Below, one piece after another: positions 1-9,106 of a stretch of 13,986 nt of DNA. A model generated the notes under the pieces. It did not search any database. It was not told the origin of the DNA and worked only from the letters and a program-made list of their open reading frames with translations. Positions within the stretch are counted from its first letter, which is position 1. Each line of letters opens with the position of its first letter. The DNA is from Paraspadella gotoi (lineage: Eukaryota; Animalia; Chaetognatha): NCBI GenBank assembly GCA_051294375.1, contig JBJCIZ010000961.1:1-13986 (forward strand), in the 5' to 3' direction. The translations under genes and the position numbers were made by a program.

Positions 1-502
1 ATTGATTCTTCATAACCCTCGCCCGAACCCTCATTCTAAAAAAAAAAAGAGAAAATGATGAACTGATTATCTATCGTCTCCTGTCATTCATCATTTATCG
101 AAATCGTCATCCGAATGCGTCGTCAATCCGTTCGACTTTTTCCTCATCATTAGTTTATTGCCTTCCTATCTTTTTTCTTCTCCTTCTCAGATTTTTTTAA
201 CCCTAATTACAACCCAAAATTCTTCTCTTTACTCTTCACCCTGTCCGATTTCGAAAAGTGTGGATCCACTCCTACTCTCCATCCTATATCACCTATCACC
301 CCCCCCCCTCAACTGCCGTCTTTTTTCCTACCATATCTATTCTCCTAAAACTGATCCTTTTTATTCTGTTCCTCTCCTCTTCTCTCCTCTTCCTCTTCCT
401 CTACCCTTCTTTTTCTCCCAGAGTCAATTATTTTTGTACGAGACTTGAAAATTCATTTCGCCTACTTTTTTCTCATATATTTTTTTTTCGGTCAATTTTA
501 AA

Positions 503-596
<94 letters not shown>

Positions 597-681
597 GGAG
601 GACGTTTGAAAAAGTTAAGAAAGATCGAGTAAAATAGTCTTACTTGTTCCAGTCGGTTCATCCATACATTTTCTCTCTCTC

Positions 682-731
<50 letters not shown>

Positions 732-1649
732 TCTCTCTCTCTCTCTCTCTCTCGGGACGTTTTGAAAGTAAAAAAGATCGAGTTAAAAATAGTTTACTTT
801 TCCCAGTCGGTTCATGCCATACATTTTCCCCTACGTTTTTATTTACTACGAACGCGGATTTGTTGACGTCCGCCAATGTAGTCGGAGATCGGCTTCTCGT
901 AAAATTACAACTTGATTCAACTAAATTCTTAAAAACTTCAAAAGTAAAAAGCTTTATCTTTTCTCTTCTTGCGTCAATTGATTCAAAAAAATTTCGATTA
1001 ATCAGCTCGATATTTCGTACGAGAAATTTTACAAAAAAATTCTCTCAATTTTCGGATTTCATCAAATCTAATCGAACACCCAATACGAGCTAATTACAAA
1101 AAGAAATAAATATACAAAACAAAATGAAAAACTATTTAATGGGATTTTAAAAATTATTAGATTTTAAAAACATTTTTACTTAAAACTTAAAGAACAAAAA
1201 AATGTAAAAAAAAGATAATAAAAATTTATAGAAAAAAAATTAACTCTCTCGCGGGCAGCAGCTGGAATCGAGCGAAGATGGACTCCAAGTGTAAAACAGT
1301 TTTCGAAGATAATTAATAAATCTCCGAGGATTCGGCGTCGCTCGAAAAAAAAGTGGCGCCGGTATATTGGACTCGTTTCGTCGTCGCTCTTTTCGTCGCT
1401 CGCCATGAAATTTTTGTCTCAACGCGGCGCCACTAGTAGAAGCGACATCTCAGACGGCTTTTCAACAGTGCGGGCGCCGGTTTCGACAGCGGCCAACGCC
1501 GGATTCGACATTTCCGTCAACTGCGGGGTCGTGGCGCCTTATTTGCTTTCTTTCTGTTTCAAACGTTGACGTTTTTTGAGGTGAATGCAGCGGATTTGCG
1601 CCTTACGCAGCTCGACAAAAAGAAACGCCGCGCAAAAGGTATAATACAT
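1..1649 (-). CDS. Disrupted multi-exon gene for a probable secreted or surface protein of unknown family; runs off the left edge
   Basis: ATG at 1649 reads MYYTFCAAFLFV (signal-peptide-like). Coding-like segments follow: MASDEKSDDETSP and PAPLFFRATPNPRRFINYLRKLFYTWSP, then a donor at 1244. Exon 1089-798 has a TAG acceptor and is open except for one TGA (LVLGVRLDLMKSEN*ENFFVKFLVRNIELINRNFFESIDARR...VWHEPTGK). A further T-rich acceptor near 36 is followed by NEGSGEGYEES. Joining the segments needs frameshifts. Confidence 0.4.
507..830. repeat. Tandem duplication of a ~160-bp unit made of a (CT)n tract plus a ~80-bp unique block
   Basis: 595-675 and 753-830 share GGACGTTT-GAAA..AAAGATCGAGT-AAAATAGT-TTACTT..CCAGTCGGTTCAT-CCATACATTTTC. 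Each is preceded by (CT)n, at 507-594 and 672-753. Confidence 0.9.
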
Positions 1650-1650
1650 T

Positions 1651-1677
1651 CTCTCCCTTTCTCTCTCTCTCTCAGCT

Positions 1678-1754
<77 letters not shown>
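1651..1754. repeat. (CT)n/(GA)n microsatellite between two divergent start codons
   Basis: Imperfect CT dinucleotide run, directly visible. Confidence 0.95.
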
Positions 1755-1983
1755 ACCCTTCCTCCCGATACACAAAAAAAGTCCATTCATTCATTGTCAA
1801 ACAAACAAATGAAACTCTGCAGAAAAACGGTATCTTGAAGGAAAACCATCGAAAAAAAAAAAACGGCATTTTTGGACAAATTTCAAATCCGAGATTAAAT
1901 AAAATATTCCAAAACCTACGTATTTTGTTTAAATTCAAAAATTCCCTCCCACAAATCTCTACTTAAATCCTTCCCTGTTTTCA

Positions 1984-4826
1984 ATGGCACTCGACCAAAA
2001 ATCTCAAAAGACAAATTTTTCTTGTTTTATACTTTATCGTGACCCGATGAGACATGTTGGAGGGGCAAGACGAAATTAACCGCCACCTCTCCACCTCCAT
2101 CCGTTTCCCCGTCCACCCCAGTTTTCACAGAGCTGACCCTATCATGACCGCCTTTTCGCTTTCTCTGCCTTCGAAGGAGCGAATACCTCGTCCCTCGACA
2201 CAACAGAGAATTGAGAAGGGGAGCTTCCTCCGTCAGTGCCTCTACAACTTTATCTGCTGACAGTCTTCTGGCACCTTCGGTGCGTGAAAAATTCTATGTT
2301 GTCGTTACGCATGTTATATATTGTTGTTACCTTGGTTTCAAAACGTGTGTTTTGAACGTTCACGGTTTAATCAATTTAATTCTTCTGAATTTAAATCAAT
2401 TTCAAGAAGACAAAAATTAATACCAAGTATATTCGTATAAGCCAAGGAGCGATATCAACGGTTTAAAGATAACGAGTGTACCAAGTGTTACGATTTAACT
2501 TAAATGTAAAACGGATCGTGACGTAGGGAATGAAGAAAATTACTTAGTATAAACCAAAGGGCGCTCCACTTAAAAGCAGAAGGGGAAAAAAAAATAAAGA
2601 TACTAATTAAGGTCAAAACCGAACAACGGTCTCCGATGAATTTTCCCAAAGGAACGATAAAAAAAAATAAATTAAGTTGGACAAGATAAATTTTTCTCTT
2701 AAAGTAATTAATTTGGCTTGTAAATTTACTTTTTTAAAAACGATATAAAACTTTTAAGGTCTCTAACACCTGTGACAGGTTACTCCTTCCAAAGGGACCC
2801 TTCTATCGGCCCTCTTGGTCGGTCACTGCGGCAAACTTACGCCTGGCGTGTATTTCCTTCACTGCTACAACACAGCAGAGCATTACGTCCTCGCCAACCA
2901 TAGACTCAACCTGAAGTTGGGTAGGAGATTGACCACTCATCTGGTAAATAACTCTCCAAATTCTTGAAATTTAGTAATACTACAATTATTTTCATAACAA
3001 AAGATTAAGAGAGTGCGAAAGAAAAATTAGGCTGAAATGTATTGAAATTTGGTACAAACAATAGGAAAATTTATTCATTCATTCAATAACAAGTTATTTG
3101 GTTAGGGCTTTGATGTATTAAGGCCTTCATCCTCTACAAAGATGTCAACATCACAAGCCCCAAGTTTTTTCAATCGAGCCTCACTCTACGGTCTTGTTTC
3201 ATAAGCTCACAGAGTGCTTGACTCTTCTAGAATGTTGGTGAGTAATACTTTTTTAACTGTTTTTTTTTAATGTATGTTAATACAAAGTTGATTGTTGTAC
3301 TCTGAGAAAATTGTCTTCATTTGTCTCCAGCCACACTCGTTACTCTCCGCACCATGTTCGTCATCATGGAGTGTGGAACCGCACCAACGCTATTCCATCG
3401 TCATTGTCGAAAATAACGACCTTTCTCGAATCCGATTCTTCAAGGAATGCAAGGTAATGAAATGTTGCTAAAAATGTTTTACTGAAATCAAGACGATTGT
3501 TTGTCCATAGGTGATTTAGTTTTGACTAATTTTTCATTGCAGACCATCTGCTCACGTTCAAGGCAAAGTATGTAAGCACAGAAAATCTTCGTATGAAATT
3601 TGAGAAACGCGATTTTGAGAGATCAAATCGACGACCAAGTATTAGGTAGGTTTTTATTAAGGTTCAGTCAGCTAATTTGTAGGAAATGTTAATCTCAGAA
3701 TCTCAAATGATATTGATCAAATGGTTGTTCCAATTTCACTACACAACTTGTTTTTATCAGAATACATTAATATACATCTCTCATTAGTTTAAACTTTACA
3801 TTTTTTACAATAAGAAAATATCTCATCTATTTAAATTTCATTCGTTTAAATTCTTTTTTTTTTTTATTACCAAATTTTCCCGACAGACCGAATGGTTTTC
3901 GAACTGTGAGGAAGAGAAAATCGCCAAAAGGCGTTTGAGTATGGTGGCGCATCGTCCCACCGCCACAACCACCAAAACCACCACAACCTCAACCACAACG
4001 CGACGACGACGACAACGACTACTACTACCCATTCCGACCACGCGTAAAGATTAATAAAGTAGACATAATCTTATTGTCATAAGGATGATAAAAAATGTGA
4101 ATTAAAATCTGAATGAAAATATTTTATTATTTTAAAAAGCAGCCAAAAAAAGGAGAGTTAAGAGAAATAAGGAAAAAGGTTAAAAATAAAGCAAACAAAG
4201 AATTTTAGGAAAAAATTAAAAAAAGAAAAAAAATAAGGGAAGCAATTAAAACATTATGCAGAATTAAATTAAACTTTTTTAATCCCCTCCCCACCTCCTC
4301 GTAACTCTTGCAGCCCACGCACCCTCCTTCCTCTCAAACCCCTACGTCAACCCGCGGGTGAGTGGAGCACAACCCCGACTGGTGGATGCTTTTTACTGGA
4401 AGCGATAGACGCGGGAGGAGTCGGCGGACGTTTGGTGCCGGAGATTCTTCGTTCCTTTCGACCCCGCCCACCGGAAAAGCGGAGAGGGGGGGGGGGAGGA
4501 GGGAGGCAGGAGGAGGAGGAGCGATTACAACTACGACGAACGAATTTTATTACGGACGAAAACGACGACGATGAACTTTTTACCAACGAAGAAAAACTTT
4601 TATTATGACGGAATTCCGCAGCAATGGGGGTGGCGGATTTTTAGCGGCTTAGAAGTTGTTAACTGCTTTAGCTGTTATAGTAACAATTGTAACAATCTTA
4701 TTGTTATTTGTCTTTCAAATTGCGATGATGTGTCACAGTTATTTTAAAACTATTGATCGAATTCTTAAATTAGAATTAATTGAATTTTATATCGAACGAA
4801 CTAATCTTCAACAAGTGCCAGACTAA
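1984..4826 (+). CDS. Disrupted ~7-exon gene for a type I membrane glycoprotein (signal peptide, ectodomain, Thr-rich stalk, TM helix, short tail)
   Basis: Inferred exons: 1984-2279, 2779-2943, 3106-3237, 3331-3453, 3543-3645, 3887-4043, 4314-4826, with GT/AG ends and a CTAAC branch site at 2763. Exons 2-4 are 55, 44 and 41 codons in phase 0 with only one stop (exon 2 includes GKLTPGVYFLHCYNTAEHYV). IFLVLYFIVT near the start is signal-like, and exon 6 has PTATTTKTTTTSTTT. 4653-4826 reads KLLTALAVIVTIVTILLLFVFQIAMMCHSYFKTIDRILKLELIEFYIERTNLQQVPD*. AATAAA lies at ~4995. Confidence 0.6.
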
Positions 4827-4905
4827 AGGGAATATTCGAATCCTCTTTTCGTTTTAGCTCCCCTCAGCAAATGAGAAAATTAAAGTCTCCTTGTTGCCTA
4901 TTTGT

Positions 4906-6041
4906 TTACGCATAAGAGTCTCGACAGACGGAATCTCGCAGTTTACGTTGAACTTTGAAAAAAACTGTCCTCGAACCAAATTGGGATAATACATTAATAA
5001 AGCAAAGAATAACTGAGAATATTTCGTTGTTAAATATTAAGCGTATTTGTACACATTAGAAGCTAAACGAGCTTAAACTCTCTATGATTGAAACTACTTT
5101 CTACAAACTCAACTTTGTATAATTAAATAATTATTTTACTCAATTCGATCTTTAATGATTTACATCGTAATATTGTGAATAAGGTACACATAATTCAGCT
5201 AATCAATGTTACAGAATATACCATAAGTAAAAAAATGTAAGGTTGGCAGATTTCAAATGTACAACAATGTCGCAATGAGAGAGGCAAGAGAGAAAAAAGG
5301 TTTTAACAAAAGTTCAAAACTACATATGGGGGTTTGAGCCAAAAAGTCTGCTAGTATATATTGTTTAAAAAAACCAAAATTTCGAAAACGATGGCACGTC
5401 ATAGATAAATGTATCGCTTATTGTACATGGTATCCTAAAATTGAGGCGTTTTTGGGGGGGCCATTTGCAAAAAATTGATCTTTTTTCAAGATTCTAAAGA
5501 CAACGTAAAAAGACTCAATGAGTTAATGTACCGAAACATCATAATCAGTAACATATCAGCATTTGAACAAATGAAAAATAGCCATAAAGACGCACAACCA
5601 ATAATCCTCATATAACTTCCCATACGAAACACAAAACGAATAATTTATTTTTAATGTAATATTTCTCGTGGATTGTAGTTGAGACGGTTTTCAAAGCCTC
5701 TAATTACAAAATTTATTCGGTCATAATCGCCCATTGTATAAAATGCATTCAATAACAGCGCGTGGACGGCGATATACGCAGGAAAGGGACTTTTTAAGTA
5801 TTGTACGGTATTGTCACCCAAATCATAGGCAACTGCCAAAATGAAAGTTCGTTTTAATAACATTCAAATTATTGGATTAAACAAAAAAAACTCAATGAAA
5901 CTTAAAAACCCAAAAATTAAAAAAATTAAAATACCCACTTCACACGATTCAATAAGTTCTTCAAAAACTTACAATTTGTACATGAAATGAATAATAAAAA
6001 ACAGGTTATTTCGCCGTCTATGGCACACCAGTGACAGGCAT
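4906..6041 (-). CDS. Disrupted polytopic membrane protein gene, possibly a divergent 7TM/GPCR-like receptor
   Basis: ATG at 6041 (aaccATG) and a candidate intron at 5934-5833. Ordered hydrophobic segments over ~1 kb: AYIAVHALLLNAF (TM1-like Asn), DYWLCVFMAIF...LLIMMFRY (TM3-like Cys and xRY), FSLASLIATLLYI, and IFSVILCFINVLSQF followed by FFKVQRKLR. Stop at 4908-4906. Several frameshifts are needed. Confidence 0.42.
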
Positions 6042-6082
6042 GGTTAAAAAAAATAAAATTTTATTTCTTCAGTGAGCGACCA

Positions 6083-6090
6083 CTTATATA
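6083..6090 (-). promoter_or_regulatory. Candidate TATA box (TATATAAG)
   Basis: Minus-strand TATATAAG lies ~42 nt upstream of the ATG at 6041. Confidence 0.35.
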
Positions 6091-6134
6091 ACCCAGTTAT
6101 TCATTAACCACGCTCATCACTAGTCTCTCTTCTC

Positions 6135-6200
6135 GACTCAAGACTCAAAGACTCAAGACTCAAGACTCAAGACTCAAGACTCAAGACTCAAGACTCAAGA
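6135..6200. repeat. Heptanucleotide tandem repeat (GACTCAA)9
   Basis: Nine copies at 6135-6198, with a single extra A at 6149. Confidence 0.97.
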
Positions 6201-7133
6201 GTTGTTGAAAGGATGAAAAGCAGTCTCCCATCTTCTCGTCGATCTCATGTCCGCCTCCTGCTGCCGGCTGCTGCGGGCGGACAGGCGTTGGTCTCCGCCA
6301 AGAGAAAATCGCGCCGCGGCGGAGAACGCCCGTAGTAAGCCGGTGGCCCACCGGGCGAGGTCTTCCCGGGGCAGGGACGATGACGCCGACCCGTTGCCGG
6401 GCGATCGGCGCCGGAATGATAGAGTCGGCGGCGCCGGGGACCGAGCGCCGACGACCAGCACCTCCGTCTCGTCACCTACGAATCGGACTTCGTCGTCGGG
6501 ACTCCGCCGCCCGCCACGACGCTTCCACCTCCGGAAGCCGCCGCCTAGGGCGCTCAGCGTTCTCTTTCGCTTGTTGTTGTTGTTATTGTTGTGATGTTTG
6601 TTGGGTTGATGTGTGAGGAGTTTTGCTGCCGTTTGCCCACCGGGGGTGATGTTGTTGCGGTTGTTGGAGTGGTGTTGTTGTGATGTTGCTGCTGTTGTGA
6701 TGATTGAGCGGCGAGGAGTCCGGTGTGAGGCCGGTGCTCAGCCTCGCGCCCCAGAGGCGCTCGCAGGCCAAGTGCTCGTCGAGAGGAGTTTGTTCGCCGG
6801 CAGAGGAGTTGACTCTGATGATGGGGAAGCACCGAGGGAGAGGTGATCAGTGGCTGCTCTGGGAGTACCTTGAAATAGTGGGGAAATAAAGTTAAATATA
6901 TTATTATGTTATATATATATTAATATAATATTATATGAAATTGGACAACAAATAAAAAAATTATATCCATTCATTTAAATAAATAAGCTACCTTGCCCCT
7001 GACTTTGGACAGGCTTGGTGGTTTGAAGACCTCCATTCACTCTTTACAAGATAAATGACATAGCAGGTCCCTGCAAGCTTTCAATCAAGTACTTCCACGT
7101 CTCTTTTATTCACTCCCAGAGTGACCTGCTTCC
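6195..7133 (-). CDS. 3' exons of a gene for a low-complexity, Arg/Ser/Pro- and Asn/Gln/Thr-rich, probably disordered protein
   Basis: GC-rich island. Exon 7133-6992, AT-rich intron 6991-6869, then terminal exon 6868-6195. The terminal exon is open in one frame except for one TGA (...KHHNNNNNNKRKRTLSALGGGFRRWKRRGGRRSPDDEVRFVGDETEVLVV...FHPFNNS*). The 5' end was not located. Confidence 0.45.
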
Positions 7134-7204
7134 CTATCAATAAGTGGAAAAATATTTCAAAGACATGTTTCAATTGATATATTATTTTACTTATACTATA
7201 GTTT

Positions 7205-7278
7205 GCCAAAATAGCTCAGCTTGGGAGACGTTAGACTGAAGATCTAAAGGTTCCCTGTTAGAACCCGGCGTTTCGGCA
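7205..7278 (+). tRNA. tRNA-Phe-GAA: tRNA-Phe(GAA), degenerate copy (pseudogene or error-laden)
   Basis: Aligns end to end with the conserved animal tRNA-Phe, GCCGAAATAGCTCAGTTGGGAGAGCGTTAGACTGAAGATCTAAAGGTCCCTGGTTCGATCCCGGGTTTCGGCA. The anticodon arm TTAGA-CTGAAGA-TCTAA is intact. There are about 5 one-base indels and 3 substitutions, and the B box is damaged. TTTT follows at ~7297. Confidence 0.88.
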
Positions 7279-7363
7279 CTAATACATTTGTGCTTATTTT
7301 ACTTTAAGACAATTTTGAAATATATTTAATACGTGGAGCAAAAACATAACCAAAATAATAACT

Positions 7364-7436
7364 GCATCGGTGTTTCAGTGGTAGATTCCTCGTCCGCCAA
7401 GGCGGACAGACCCGGTTCAAATTCATTCAGATGGCA
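7364..7436 (+). tRNA. tRNA-Gly-GCC: tRNA-Gly(GCC), degenerate copy
   Basis: GCATCGGTGTTTCAGTGGTAGATTCCTCGTCCGCCAAGGCGGACAGACCCGGTTCAAATTC..GATGGCA resembles invertebrate tRNA-Gly GCATCGGTGGTTCAGTGGTAGAATGCTCGCCTGCCACGCGGG..CCCGGGTTCGATTCCCGG.CGATGCA. The 3' half is heavily diverged. Confidence 0.75.
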
Positions 7437-7445
7437 CCCATCATG

Positions 7446-7479
7446 TTTAAAAATTATATTGGCCAATATAATTTTTAAA
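7446..7479. repeat. Perfect 34-bp palindrome
   Basis: TTTAAAAATTATATTGGCCAATATAATTTTTAAA equals its own reverse complement (17 of 17 pairs, no loop). Confidence 0.97.
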
Positions 7480-7560
7480 AGTTAATTTTTCAATCATTCA
7501 TTGAAAAGTAACTATGTTAAAATCCGGTTAAAATATGCGCTTTTATTTTGAATTTACCAC

Positions 7561-7570
7561 GACCAATCAG
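7561..7570 (+). promoter_or_regulatory. CCAAT box (NF-Y-type)
   Basis: GACCAATCAG matches the extended NF-Y consensus; the target gene is unknown. Confidence 0.35.
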
Positions 7571-7614
7571 AAAAAAAAAATTCTTAAAAGCCATAAGAAT
7601 CGAGGCCTACTTTT

Positions 7615-7840
7615 GCATGATTAACCAAATAATTGATCGATGATTACCAAATATTTGATTTGCGATGATAACCAATAATTGATGCCGATGATAATAAAAT
7701 AACTGATGTGATGATAATCAAATGATTGATGCGATGATAGTCATTTCATTTGATGTGATTGATAATCATTCATTGATATGATGGATTTAATCATTCATTG
7801 ATGCGATGATTAGTCATTCATGACGCGATGAGTCATTCAT
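7615..7840. repeat. Minisatellite, about 10 degenerate copies of a 22-24-bp unit
   Basis: Approximate consensus GATGCGATGATAATCA(A/T)(A/T)(T/C)ATT, head to tail with no spacers. Confidence 0.88.
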
Positions 7841-7874
7841 CGTAAATAAAACAAAACAAATGCGTGTATGAATG

Positions 7875-9072
7875 AAGAGAGAGAGAGAGAGAGGAGAGAG
7901 AGAGGAGAGAAAGAAGTGAGAGAGCTGGTCAGTTTTCACTACTCGTTTATATTAAAGTATAATCAGACAGAAGCTGGACACCGCCCTGCAGAGCTTGAAA
8001 CTCGTTTTTCGGAGCGTATCTGAGTAGGACGAACTCTTTTCCTTTCCTTTGAATGAAATTTTAGATTGTTTCTTTTTTTTAAGAAGAAACCAGACCGAGG
8101 TCAAATTTATATTTGCATATTTTAACTAATTTATAAATATTTATCCCAACTCAAATTAATTATTAGTTTTTAAAAAAGAATAAAAATGATTAAATAATAT
8201 ACACTAAAAAAAAATTACAATTTTAAAAATTGTAAAAAATTATTAGAATAACAAAAAGTAATGTTTAATTTGGACAATATCTCTCTCTCAACTTCCTATT
8301 TTAGATGATAATTTGCCAATAGTGGGCCGACCCGGTCCAAAGTTACAGTAAATGTAAACAAAAACAAAAAAAATTTTTTTGTTAGAAAGTTATATATGTA
8401 ATTAATATTAATCCGCGCATTGCGGACATATAGCAGCTATATGTACAGCAGCAGCTATGAATGTACATGTGACATTGCCTTGCATTATAAGTTATTTTTT
8501 CCTTTTTTTCTAAAAGGAATCCATGAAAATTCTCGGGATGGTAAATTTGGGATTTTGTTATAGGAGAAAAAAAAATAAATGGCGATAATAAAGTTTTTAG
8601 AACGGAAAAAAATAATAAGAATTTTTCAAAAAAACGAACGGTCGTACATAGGAGAGAGAGACAGAGAGAGAGAGAGGAGAGACCGAGAGTTGAAAAAAAA
8701 AGACTGAAAAAAATTTTTTTGTAAAAAAAAAAGAGAGAGAGAGAGAGACGATAGAACGAGAGCCTAAACTCGTTACTCGTCGCCGCAGTGACGGAGGTAA
8801 AAAAAAGGTGACTAAAATATTTATTTTTGTACAAAAAAAGAGATAGAAAGACGAGAAAGATGACGAAGAGACAGATAGTAGAGGAGAAAGATAGATAGAG
8901 AGAGAGAGACGATGAGAGAAGAGAGAGAGAGAGCACGGAACACTTGTGTTTACTCCGTTTACAAGTGAATAAATTTTTTTTTGTAAAAAAAAAAGATGAG
9001 ATGAGATGAGATGAGAGAGAAGAAGAGAGAGATAAGAGAGAGCGAGGAGAGGAGAGAAAGAGGAGAGAGGAG

Positions 9073-9106
<34 letters not shown>

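Noticed and set aside
158-1838. Plus-strand ORFs containing SLSLSL runs
   Set aside because: They are open only because (CT)n lacks stops, and they shadow minus-strand coding segments.
2040-2080. Hammerhead ribozyme core (CCGATGA...CGAAA)
   Set aside because: The core is not CTGATGA, the required stems were not found, and it lies in a probable exon.
5560-5780. Ulp1/adenain-type cysteine protease
   Set aside because: There is no HW or Q..DCG motif, and the hydrophobic pattern fits a membrane protein better.
6135-6470. LINE 3' end with a heptamer tail
   Set aside because: The adjacent ORF is low-complexity and spliced, with no reverse transcriptase or endonuclease motifs.
6247-6889. Plus-strand ORFs in the GC-rich island
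   Set aside because: They are stop-poor because of GC content, and the splice signals point to the minus strand.
7436-7440. Genomically encoded CCA on tRNA-Gly
   Set aside because: It reads CCCA in an indel-rich segment and is absent from the tRNA-Phe, so chance is sufficient.
7615-7840. CRISPR array
   Set aside because: There are no unique spacers, the repeats are degenerate and adjacent, there are no cas genes, and the context is eukaryotic.
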